The notes under the pieces are model-generated. The model was given only the letters and a program-made list of their open reading frames with translations, did not search any database and had not been told where the DNA came from. From Chthoniobacterales bacterium (GTDB taxonomy: Bacteria; Verrucomicrobiota; Verrucomicrobiia; Chthoniobacterales; Chthoniobacteraceae): a stretch of DNA of 64,000 bases. Positions 10,532-19,046 of this stretch are shown here, in pieces (positions within the stretch are counted from its first letter, which is position 1; every line of letters begins with the position of its first letter). The stretch spans positions 32,001-96,000 of the forward strand of contig JBBQZX010000010.1 of the NCBI GenBank assembly GCA_038207335.1, written 5' to 3'. A program made the translations under genes and the position numbers.

Positions 10532-10568
10532 GGGATGGTTCGGTTTTAGAAGCGCGGACGCTACATTA

Positions 10569-10585
10569 TTGAGATTGAGTCTCAA
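10569..10585. promoter_or_regulatory. Fur-box-like palindrome overlapping a candidate -35 of the barrel/FMN/apbE operon
   Basis: TTGAGATT-G-AGTCTCAA (8-1-8, one mismatch) in an AT-rich patch 38 bp upstream of the ATG. The minus strand reads TTGAGA-16 bp-TAGCGT. Confidence 0.6.
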
Positions 10586-10678
10586 CAAAAAACCGCGTCG
10601 GCGTCGAACGCGGGGTAACCACAAACGGACCGTGGGGGGGAAGAAATGCTCCCCGCTGCCCGTACCAAAAACAGCGCG

Positions 10679-11398
10679 CTATTGCGCCGCAGGCGGAGCC
10701 GTCCGAGTGCGGAACCCAGGCACTTTATCGCTGCGCACCGACGTGCCACTCATCTTATTGGCGAGCAGCAGTTTCTCTTTTGCCATCGGCAGACCGACCG
10801 AGACGAAGGCTTTGATTTCGGGATCCTTGGTCTGCTGCGCGGCTTCGTAGTTTGAAAGTGCGCGCTGGTTCGCAGCCACGATTTCTTCCATCAGCGTTTT
10901 GTCGAATTTCGGACCGGTGAGCTTCTCGAACTTCTTCGCGAGCGCCTTTTGCGCGGCCGGTTCGCCATCCGAGATGGTGATGCCATTCATCTTCGCAAGC
11001 CGCGCGATTTTTCCGTTTTCATCCGCCTGCGTGGAAGACAGCACTTCGCCCATCGCCTTCACCTGCTCCGTGCTGGCGCGGGTCTTTGCTAGCTCTCCGA
11101 GATAAAGCTGCACCCGCCCGTGCTCGATCGCGCTCGTGAGAAAAAGCAGTTCGCGCCCGCTGATGTCGCTCGATACGAGCGTGCTATTTTTCACCGGTGC
11201 CGGAGCAGGCGTCGCGGCAGGTGGCGGCGCGACTTGCGGCACTGCCGGCGTTTTGATCACGGGCGCTGGAGAAGCAGCGGGCGCGGGAGTCGCAGGTGTC
11301 GGTGAAACCGCCGCGGCTTTGGAAGGTGCGACTTTTTGCGCGGCAATGAGACCGGCCACTGCGAGGCTGGCGGTGAGGACGAGAAGGAGCGGTTTCAT
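10679..11398 (-). CDS. DUF4142 domain secreted protein with Pro/Ala-rich linker
   Basis: Signal peptide MKPLLLVL..., PA-rich stretch, LGELAKTRASTEQVK, LTGPKFDK, DPEIKAFV. Confidence 0.75.
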   Translation of the reverse strand: MKPLLLVLTASLAVAGLIAAQKVAPSKAAAVSPTPATPAPAASPAPVIKTPAVPQVAPPPAATPAPAPVKNSTLVSSDISGRELLFLTSAIEHGRVQLYLGELAKTRASTEQVKAMGEVLSSTQADENGKIARLAKMNGITISDGEPAAQKALAKKFEKLTGPKFDKTLMEEIVAANQRALSNYEAAQQTKDPEIKAFVSVGLPMAKEKLLLANKMSGTSVRSDKVPGFRTRTAPPAAQ

Positions 11399-11412
11399 TT
11401 TTTGAAGGCAGG

Positions 11413-12867
11413 CTAGTCGGCAAGTTTTGCCGAGAGGATTTCGCTGACCACCGTCGGGTTGGCCTTTCCCTGCGAGAGTTTCATCACCATGCCCTTGATT
11501 GAATTGATCGCCTGCATTTTGCCAGCTTTGTATTCGGCGACGGCGCGCGGATTCGCGTCGATGGCCTGGACGCAAAGCGCCTCGATCGCTCCCGCGTCGC
11601 TCTCCTGCTTGAGTCCGCGCTCTTCCACGATTTGCACCGCGCTTTTTCCCGTCTCAAACATCGCGGCAAAAACCTCCTTTCCCTGCTTCCCGCTGATCGC
11701 GCCAGTGTCAATGAGGCTCACGAGTTCATTCAGCGCACTCGCGGAAACGGGCGATTCCGCGATTCCGAGTCCGGCATTTGCGAGCGCGCTTAGGAGGTCG
11801 TTGAGGATCCAATTCGCGAGGCTTTTCGGCTTGCTCGCGGTCTCCGCCGCGGCGTCGAAAAACGCGGCGAGCGAGGCATCGCCGACGAGCACATTCGCGT
11901 CGTACTCCGTCACGCCGTAGCTCGCCACGAAGCGCTCGCGCTTTTCTCCCGGCAGTTCCGGCCGCTTCACACGCACCTCATCGATGAAGACGCGCGTGTC
12001 CACTGGCAGCAGGTCGGGATCGGGAAAATAGCGATAGTCGTGCGACGATTCCTTCACCCGCATCTGGAACGTCTGCCCGCTCGCATCGTCCCAGCGCCGC
12101 GTCGATTGCACGAGCTTCTCCCCGCGCTGGAGCGCCTCCGTTTGACGCTCGATTTCATACGCCACGGCACGCCGCACACCGCTGATCGAGTTCATGTTTT
12201 TGATCTCGATTTTCACCCCGAGTTCCGCCTGCCCCTCAGGCCGCACGGAGACGTTGCAGTCGCAGCGCATCTGCCCTTTTTCCATGTCGGCATCGGAGAC
12301 GCCGCCATAGATGAGGAGCTGCTGGAGCGCGGTGAGGTACGCGAATGCCTCCTCCGGCGTCTCGATCTCCGGCTCGCTCACGATCTCCATGAGCGGCGTG
12401 CCGGCGCGGTTGAAATCGATGCCGCTCGTTTCGCCGAAATGCGTGCTTTTGGCCACGTCCTCCTCGAGGTGGATACGCGTGAGTTTCACCGCTTTGCCCG
12501 AATGCGCGATGCTCGCTTGCGCGTCCTTCGGATACGCAAAATCGTGCAGGGGCACCGCGCCGCCGACGCAGATGGGCTGGTCGAATTGCGTGATCTGATA
12601 GTTCTTCGGCATGTCCGGGTAGAAGTAATTCTTCCGGTCGAATTTGCAGATCGCGGGCACCTCGCAGCCGAGCATGAGGCCGGCAAGCGCGGTCATTTTC
12701 AGCGCCTCGCCATTCATCACCGGCAGCGCACCGGGGAAGCCAAGACAGACGGGGCAGGTGTGCTTATTCGGCTCCGCACCGAATTCGACGGGGCAGCCGC
12801 AGAACATCTTACTGCGGGTCTTGAGCTGGACGTGGACTTCGAGGCCGATGGTGGGGATGTAGGTCAC
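11413..12867 (-). CDS. gatB: Asp-tRNA(Asn)/Glu-tRNA(Gln) amidotransferase subunit B
   Basis: IGLEVHVQL, FDRKNYFYPDMPKNYQITQ, RIHLEEDVAK, DFNRAGTPLMEIVSEP, DYRYFPDPDL. Confidence 0.98.
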   Translation of the reverse strand: MTYIPTIGLEVHVQLKTRSKMFCGCPVEFGAEPNKHTCPVCLGFPGALPVMNGEALKMTALAGLMLGCEVPAICKFDRKNYFYPDMPKNYQITQFDQPICVGGAVPLHDFAYPKDAQASIAHSGKAVKLTRIHLEEDVAKSTHFGETSGIDFNRAGTPLMEIVSEPEIETPEEAFAYLTALQQLLIYGGVSDADMEKGQMRCDCNVSVRPEGQAELGVKIEIKNMNSISGVRRAVAYEIERQTEALQRGEKLVQSTRRWDDASGQTFQMRVKESSHDYRYFPDPDLLPVDTRVFIDEVRVKRPELPGEKRERFVASYGVTEYDANVLVGDASLAAFFDAAAETASKPKSLANWILNDLLSALANAGLGIAESPVSASALNELVSLIDTGAISGKQGKEVFAAMFETGKSAVQIVEERGLKQESDAGAIEALCVQAIDANPRAVAEYKAGKMQAINSIKGMVMKLSQGKANPTVVSEILSAKLAD

Positions 12868-12871
12868 GGTG

Positions 12872-12924
12872 GTCAGTGTTCAGCGGTGGCGCGCCTCCTG
12901 AAAACTGAAAACTGAGAATTGAAT
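12872..12924. repeat. Inverted arrays of 7-bp units (gtcagtgttcag ... ctgaaaactgaaaactgagaattga)
   Basis: Seen directly in the divergent gatB/GT2 spacer. Confidence 0.55.
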
Positions 12925-12999
12925 CCCGAAGGCACGCAGCCCGCGGGGAATAAAGGCGGGACGCGTTTGCTCAAAGCGCCGATGATTCCGAAAACCGCG

Positions 13000-13731
13000 A
13001 TGCAGCCGACGCCTTTCGTTTCAATCATCATCCCGGCGCTCGACGAGGCGGCGGTGATCGGGGCGACGATCGGGAGCGCGCAGTGTGCATTTGTGGAAAA
13101 TGAGATCATCGTGGTGGATGGCGGGAGCGCGGATGCGACGGCGCAGGTGGCGGAAACTGCTGGCTGCCGCGTGGTCGGCACGCAGCAGCGGCAGCGCGCG
13201 GCGCAGATGAATCTCGGCGCGACGCTCGCTCGCGGCGAGGTCCTGCTTTTTCTGCACGCGGATACACACATTCAGAAGGGCGCGCTGCAGGCGATTCGCG
13301 AGGCGATGCGGGATGCGCGGACGGTCGGGGGCGCGTTCGTGCGGCGATACGATTCGGGATCGTGGATGCTCGCGCTGACGTGCCGCCTCGCGGGTTGGCG
13401 CAATGCGCTTTTCGGTTGGCATCTCGGCGACCAGGCGATGTTCGTGCGCGCGGATGTCTTCCGCCGCAGCGGTGGATTCGCACAGGTAGCACAATTCGAG
13501 GATCTCGATTTTTCGCGTAATCTCTCGCGCTTCGGCTGCGTGGTGACGTTGAGGCCGGCGGTGATTTCCTCGGCACGCAGATTCGCCCGCCGCGGGCCGT
13601 TGCTGACGACATTGCGCGATTTTTTGCTGACCTGCCGGTATCTCATCCGCGGGCTATCACCGCCGCGCGTTCCTTTGCCAGCAGCCATTCCCGCGCCACA
13701 GGCCGAACCCGAAATCCAAGCGACACGATGA
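13000..13731 (+). CDS. Family 2 glycosyltransferase (TIGR04283-like)
   Basis: SIIIPALDEA, IIVVDGGSAD, RAAQMNLGA, LLFLHADT, GDQAMFVR, GGF...FEDLDF, SSARRF. Confidence 0.88.
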   Translation: MQPTPFVSIIIPALDEAAVIGATIGSAQCAFVENEIIVVDGGSADATAQVAETAGCRVVGTQQRQRAAQMNLGATLARGEVLLFLHADTHIQKGALQAIREAMRDARTVGGAFVRRYDSGSWMLALTCRLAGWRNALFGWHLGDQAMFVRADVFRRSGGFAQVAQFEDLDFSRNLSRFGCVVTLRPAVISSARRFARRGPLLTTLRDFLLTCRYLIRGLSPPRVPLPAAIPAPQAEPEIQATR

Positions 13732-15179
13732 AAAAAGGCGAAGGAATCTACAACGTCGTGGTGATCGGCGCAGGCACTGCAGGGCTAGTGACGGCGGCGG
13801 GAACTGCCGGCCTCGGCGGACGCGTCGCGCTGATCGAGCGCAACAAAATGGGCGGCGATTGCCTGAACTTTGGCTGCGTGCCGAGCAAGGCGCTCATTTC
13901 CTCAGCACGCGCGCTTCACACGATCGGCCGCGCGGCGGCGTGGGGCATAGACGCGGCAGCGCCGGAAATCGATTTCAAGCGGATCGTGGAGCGCGTCCGC
14001 GAGCGGCGGGCAAAGATCGCGCCAAACGACTCGCAGGAGCGCTTCGAGTCGCTCGGAGTCGATGTGTTCCGCGGCGAGGCGCGCTTTCTATCCGCACAGG
14101 AAGTTGCCGTGGACGGGGTGAAATTGCGCGCAAAACATTTCGTGATCGCGACCGGGACGCACGCCGCACGTCCGAAAATCGACGGCCTCGACAGCGTGAA
14201 ATTTTTTACGAACGAGACGATCTTCGACGAGCTCGACGAGAAACCTGAGCGGCTTCTCGTGCTCGGCGGCGGGCCGATCGGATGCGAGCTCGCGCAGTCA
14301 TTTGCCCGGCTCGGAATCCGCGTGACGCTCGTGCAACACGGCCCGCGCATCCTTTCCAAAGAAGACCCCGAAGTCTCGACCCTGCTGCGCGCGACACTCG
14401 AGTCAGACGGCATCGAAGTACTGACGGACTCCGAACTCGCGAGCTTGAAAGGGAGCGGCTCGCGCAGCGGCACGGCTTCGATCGCGAGCGGCGGAGCGAC
14501 GCGCGAAATGAAGTTCGACGCGCTGCTGCTTGCGGCGGGTCGGCAGCCAAATCTCGACGCCCTGAATCTCGATGCTGCGGGCGTGCGCGCGAACAAGCAC
14601 GCGGTCGAGGTAAACGAGTTTCTGCAGACCTCGCAGCCGCACATTTACGCAGCGGGCGACATTACGGGACGCCATCTTTTCACGCACATGGCCGACTACG
14701 ATGCGCGCGTCGTGGTTCGGAATATCCTGATGCCGCTCCAGCTTTTGCGGCAGCGCGCTAACACGAAAATCGTGCCGTGGGCCACCTATACCGACCCCGA
14801 GGTCGCGCGCGTCGGGCTCAGCGAGGAGGAGGCAAAAAAGCAAGGTGTCGGATACGATGTGTATCGGCAGGAAATGGCGGACGTGGACCGCGCAATCGCG
14901 GAAAGCGCGATGTCGGGCTTTGCGAAAGTGCTGACCGCACGCGGAACGGATCGCATCCTCGGCGCGCTCGTGGTGGGAGAGCATGCCGGCGACCTGCTTC
15001 AGCCGCTGACGCTCGCGATGAACTCGGGGATCGGTCTCAGCAAAGTCGCCGCGGCGATTCATCCGTACCCAACATTCGTGGAAATCGAGCGCAAAACCGG
15101 CGACGCCTACAACAAAACCAAGCTCACTCCCCGCGCGAAAAAAATCTTCTCGTGGCTCTACGCGAGGCAGCGGGGCTGA
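13728..15179 (+). CDS. Class I pyridine nucleotide-disulfide oxidoreductase (MerA/DLD-like, not a true MerA)
   Basis: GAGTAG, GGDCLNFGCVPSK, GGGPIGCE, IYAAGD, IHPYPT; no C-terminal Cys-Cys pair and no NmerA domain. Confidence 0.88.
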   Translation: MKKGEGIYNVVVIGAGTAGLVTAAGTAGLGGRVALIERNKMGGDCLNFGCVPSKALISSARALHTIGRAAAWGIDAAAPEIDFKRIVERVRERRAKIAPNDSQERFESLGVDVFRGEARFLSAQEVAVDGVKLRAKHFVIATGTHAARPKIDGLDSVKFFTNETIFDELDEKPERLLVLGGGPIGCELAQSFARLGIRVTLVQHGPRILSKEDPEVSTLLRATLESDGIEVLTDSELASLKGSGSRSGTASIASGGATREMKFDALLLAAGRQPNLDALNLDAAGVRANKHAVEVNEFLQTSQPHIYAAGDITGRHLFTHMADYDARVVVRNILMPLQLLRQRANTKIVPWATYTDPEVARVGLSEEEAKKQGVGYDVYRQEMADVDRAIAESAMSGFAKVLTARGTDRILGALVVGEHAGDLLQPLTLAMNSGIGLSKVAAAIHPYPTFVEIERKTGDAYNKTKLTPRAKKIFSWLYARQRG

Positions 15180-15198
15180 ATATCAACGCTCACTTTTT

Positions 15199-15915
15199 AT
15201 GATGAAATGGCTCGGTAAAAACTGGAAATGGATCGCGATCGTCGTCGCCCTGATCGCACTCTCCTTCGCGGCAAAAAAATTTCTGCCAATCGCGGACTGG
15301 ATCCGTTCCCTGAGCTCATGGGTAAAGGATCTCGGCCCTTTCGGCTTCGTCGCTTTTATCCTGATCTACGCCGCTGCGACGGTGCTTTTTCTTCCCGGCT
15401 CCGTGCTGACGATTGCCGCTGGGCTGATCTTCGACAACCTCTTCATCGCCATCGGTGCCGCGTGGACCGGCGCGACCATCGGGGCATCCCTGGCATTTCT
15501 CGCGGGTCGCTACATCGCGCGTTCGAAGGTCGAATCGAAGACCAAAGGCAGCGAAAAATTCGAGGCGATCGACAAGGCCATCGGCGATCAGGGCTGGAAA
15601 ATCGTGGGCTTGTTGCGGCTGAGTCCGCTGATTCCATTCAGCATCAGCAACTACTTTTACGGCATCACGAAGGTCGGCTTTTGGCCGTACGTGATGGCGA
15701 GCGCGGGCGGGATGCTACCCGGCACAGCACTTTACGTTTATCTCGGAAAGGCGGGGAAAGCGGGGCTCGGAGGAGGCTCGAAAGCGCATACGCCGCTCGA
15801 GTGGACTTTCCTCGGAGTCGGTTTGCTCGCGACGATCGGCGTGACGGTCTGGGTCAGCCGTATTGCAAAAGACGCGCTAAAAAAATCGGGCGCAACAACC
15901 GACGAGGGAAAGTAA
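15199..15915 (+). CDS. TVP38/TMEM64 (VTT/DedA-superfamily) membrane protein
   Basis: LFLPGSVLTIAAG, GATIGASLAFLAGRY, LLRLSPLIPFSISNYFYG, GMLPGTALYVYLG. Confidence 0.92.
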   Translation: MMKWLGKNWKWIAIVVALIALSFAAKKFLPIADWIRSLSSWVKDLGPFGFVAFILIYAAATVLFLPGSVLTIAAGLIFDNLFIAIGAAWTGATIGASLAFLAGRYIARSKVESKTKGSEKFEAIDKAIGDQGWKIVGLLRLSPLIPFSISNYFYGITKVGFWPYVMASAGGMLPGTALYVYLGKAGKAGLGGGSKAHTPLEWTFLGVGLLATIGVTVWVSRIAKDALKKSGATTDEGK

Positions 15916-15928
15916 CGCGGGACGGCGC

Positions 15929-16330
15929 TCAGTAGTAGTACGGTTTCCAGAAATCCGCCGGCGCGACGAGTTCGAGTGCCGCAAACGTGTCGGGATCGAC
16001 TTTCGGCGTTCTGTCGGAAACGAAGGGCTCGTAGCTGTGCCCGAACAAGTCCTGCCCTTGGTAGTAGAGCGGCGTGTCAGTCGGCTTCATGTATCCTTGG
16101 AGATCGGCGAGAGTCGCCACATCGCCGGGGCTTTTCGCCTTGTCAGCCGTCCACATCACCATCGCGTGATCGATCACGCGCAGGTCGTTTAAGATGCGGC
16201 TCGCCTGTGCTCGTTTTCGTGCACGCAGGTAGTTGGGGACTCCGATCGATGCGAGCATCGCGATGATGGCGACGACGATCATGATTTCGACGAGCGTGAA
16301 GCCGCGTCGCAAATGGTTTAAGGATTTCAT
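15929..16330 (-). CDS. Short prepilin-type N-terminal cleavage/methylation protein
   Basis: RRGFTLVEIMIVVAIIAMLASIGVPNYLRAR. Confidence 0.9.
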   Translation of the reverse strand: MKSLNHLRRGFTLVEIMIVVAIIAMLASIGVPNYLRARKRAQASRILNDLRVIDHAMVMWTADKAKSPGDVATLADLQGYMKPTDTPLYYQGQDLFGHSYEPFVSDRTPKVDPDTFAALELVAPADFWKPYYY

Positions 16331-16476
16331 GGAATGAGTATGAATTGCTGCCCTTCCAATGGAGCACACGGCGTTCCGCAAATCTTATATTTCTAGAAAA
16401 TCTCAATCATTAAGCGATTCGTGAACACCGGCAACCACTTGCCGCGTCCCCGCTTTCTCGCTAATTCCCTCTTTGC

Positions 16477-17310
16477 TTGAAAGTCATCCGCTCTCTGCGT
16501 GCCGCTACCATCCCCGTTCCGAGGCCGGTCGTCCTCGTGCCTACCATGGGTGCGCTGCATTGTGGCCACGCAACGCTCATCCGGCGGGCCCGCGCGCTCG
16601 CGGGTGCAAGTGGCACCGTAGTTGTTAGCGTCTTCGTGAATCCCACGCAGTTCGGCCCGACTGAGGATTTTACCCGCTACCCGCGAACTCTCGCGGCCGA
16701 TCGCCGCCTCTGTAAAGCGGAGGGCGCGGACGTCATCTTTCACCCAGCCGCGAGCGCGATCTACCCGTCTGGATTCTCCACTTTCATCGAGGAAAACATC
16801 CTCTCCACCCGGCTCTGCGGTGCCTCAAGACCCGGTCACTTCCGCGGCGTCTGCACGGTCGTCGCGAAACTTTTCAACATCATTCACCCAGACGTGGCCG
16901 TCTTCGGGCTCAAAGATTTCCAGCAGTGCGCAGTCATTTCCAAAATGGTCCGAGACCTCAATTTGTCCGTACGAATTGCCCCAGTCGCCACAGTGCGTGA
17001 GCCCGATGGCCTCGCCCTGAGTTCTCGAAATCGATATCTCTCTCCCGCGGAACGCTCGCAGGCACCAGTGATCCGCCGGGCGTTCCTCGCCGCTGCGGCT
17101 GCATTTTCCAGCGGCGAGAAAAGTTCCGCAAAACTGCGAGAGATTCTCGCGCGTGAAATCGCCAAGGCTCCCCTCGCCCGCGTCGATTATCTCGAACTTG
17201 CCGACGCGAAAACGCTCGCGCCAGTCACCACGGCTTTGCGTTCCACAGTGCTTTTCGCCGCTGTTTTTTTTGGAAAAACACGGCTCATCGACAACCTCCC
17301 ACTCCGATGA
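16477..17310 (+). CDS. panC: Pantoate--beta-alanine ligase
   Basis: VPTMGALHCGH, SVFVNPTQF, RPGHFRGV, FGLKDFQQ, REPDGLALSSRN, TRLIDN. Confidence 0.97.
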   Translation: MKVIRSLRAATIPVPRPVVLVPTMGALHCGHATLIRRARALAGASGTVVVSVFVNPTQFGPTEDFTRYPRTLAADRRLCKAEGADVIFHPAASAIYPSGFSTFIEENILSTRLCGASRPGHFRGVCTVVAKLFNIIHPDVAVFGLKDFQQCAVISKMVRDLNLSVRIAPVATVREPDGLALSSRNRYLSPAERSQAPVIRRAFLAAAAAFSSGEKSSAKLREILAREIAKAPLARVDYLELADAKTLAPVTTALRSTVLFAAVFFGKTRLIDNLPLR

Positions 17311-18980
17311 TTCGCTATGATTACGTCGTCATAGGCACAGGCATCGCGGGCCTCACCTTCGCCCTGAAAGCAGCCACGCACGGCAGCGTCGCAATCGTGA
17401 CGAAGCGCGCCCCCGCCGAGTCGAATACCCGCTACGCCCAAGGCGGAATCGCGTGCGTCACGAGCCCCGAGGACTCGTTCGAACTCCACGTCGCCGACAC
17501 GCTCGAAGCCGGCGCAGGTCTCTGCGACGAAGCTGTCGTCCGCGCGATCGTCACCGACGCACCCGCTCGCATTCGGGAACTGATCGATCTGGGAGTTCAA
17601 TTTGACCACCGATCGCCCAACCCGGGCCAGCCAGACGAGCTCGACCTCGGACGCGAAGGCGGCCACTCACGCCGCCGTATCCTCCACGCACGCGACATCA
17701 CGGGACGCGAAATCGAGGAAGCGCTCCTACGCGCGGTCGCCGGCCATCCGCACATCGAGATGATGCAAAATCACATGGCCGTGGACCTCATCACCTTGCG
17801 AAAGCTCGGCCACGTCAGTGCCGATCGCTGCCTCGGAGCCTACATCCTCGACGAGGCCACAGGCAACGTCCTCACTCTGCGCACCGACCGACTCGTCCTC
17901 GCCACCGGCGGCTGCGGAAAGGTCTATCTCTACACCACCAATCCCGCAGTCGCGACCGGCGACGGCCTTGCGATGGCATGGCGCGCCGGGGCTCGCATCG
18001 CGAACATGGAATTCATCCAATTCCACCCCACCTGCCTCTACCACCCAGACGCCGGTAGCTTCCTCATCTCCGAGGCCGTGCGCGGCGAAGGCGCGCGCCT
18101 CATCGACGCTCGCGGCCAGCAGTTCATGGCCAAATATGACGCGCGGCTCGAACTCGCACCGCGAGACATCGTCGCCCGCGCCATTGATGCCGAGATGAAA
18201 CGCACCGGCGCAAAATGCGTCTTCCTCGACATCACGCACCAGCCCGCGGAATTCGTCCGCGAGCGTTTTCCGAACATCTACGAGACCTGCCTCCGCTACG
18301 GCATCGACATCACCCGCGCCCCCATTCCTGTCGTCCCTGCCGCGCATTACCAATGCGGCGGCGTGCAGACCGATGGGAACGGAATGACCAGCCTGCCCGG
18401 GCTCTGCGCCATCGGTGAAGTCGCTTGTACAGGCCTACACGGAGCCAACCGGCTCGCGAGCAACTCACTACTTGAGGCCGTCGTTCTCGCCGACCGATGC
18501 TCTGCATTGTTTAAACATCGCACTAATGATCAATATTCTGATCTCAAGGATAATGCATCCGATTTTACTTTAGCTTCGGGATCATCTTTCTCAGCAGAAA
18601 AAGACGATTCATTCGACGAAGTTCACATCCCAGACTGGTCCAGCGGGGACGTCCAAGACGTCGATGAACTCGTGGTGATCTATCACAACTGGGACGAAAT
18701 TCGCCGTCTCATGTGGGATTACGTCGGCATCGTCCGAACAACCAAACGCCTCCAGCGCGCCGCCCGCCGATTGCTGCACCTTCAGCAGGAGATCCAAGAG
18801 TCGTACTGGAATTTCAAGATCACCACCGACCTCCTCGAGCTCCGCAATCTCGCCACCGTCGCCGGCCTCATCGTCGATTGCGCCCTGCTCCGCCGCGAAA
18901 GCCGCGGCCTGCACTACACACTCGATTTTCCCGAAGCGGACGAGCAGCAGCGCCGACCGACCACGCTGGAGCGCGCGTAA
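17307..18980 (+). CDS. nadB: L-aspartate oxidase
   Basis: YAQGGIA, REGGHSRRRILH, FIQFHPT, LISEAVRGEG, ELAPRDIVAR, GLHGANRLASNSLLE, RESRGLHY. Confidence 0.97.
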   Translation: MIRYDYVVIGTGIAGLTFALKAATHGSVAIVTKRAPAESNTRYAQGGIACVTSPEDSFELHVADTLEAGAGLCDEAVVRAIVTDAPARIRELIDLGVQFDHRSPNPGQPDELDLGREGGHSRRRILHARDITGREIEEALLRAVAGHPHIEMMQNHMAVDLITLRKLGHVSADRCLGAYILDEATGNVLTLRTDRLVLATGGCGKVYLYTTNPAVATGDGLAMAWRAGARIANMEFIQFHPTCLYHPDAGSFLISEAVRGEGARLIDARGQQFMAKYDARLELAPRDIVARAIDAEMKRTGAKCVFLDITHQPAEFVRERFPNIYETCLRYGIDITRAPIPVVPAAHYQCGGVQTDGNGMTSLPGLCAIGEVACTGLHGANRLASNSLLEAVVLADRCSALFKHRTNDQYSDLKDNASDFTLASGSSFSAEKDDSFDEVHIPDWSSGDVQDVDELVVIYHNWDEIRRLMWDYVGIVRTTKRLQRAARRLLHLQQEIQESYWNFKITTDLLELRNLATVAGLIVDCALLRRESRGLHYTLDFPEADEQQRRPTTLERA

Positions 18981-19046
18981 CGCGCACGTCTCACGGAAGT
19001 GTCATTTGCATGACGGTTCCGCGACATTAGCTTCCGGCTCCACTCC

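Noticed and set aside
13728..15179. Mercuric reductase (merA) or lpdA call
   Set aside because: No C-terminal Cys-Cys, no metal-binding N-domain and no mer genes; context does not indicate a dehydrogenase complex
16390..16399. TTTCTAGAAA palindrome in the pilin/panC divergent spacer as an operator
   Set aside because: Only 10 bp in an AT-rich patch, with no second instance or candidate regulator to support it
18500..18620. Intein or intron in nadB
   Set aside because: Only about 26 extra residues, frame preserved, no Cys/Ser...His-Asn splice motifs
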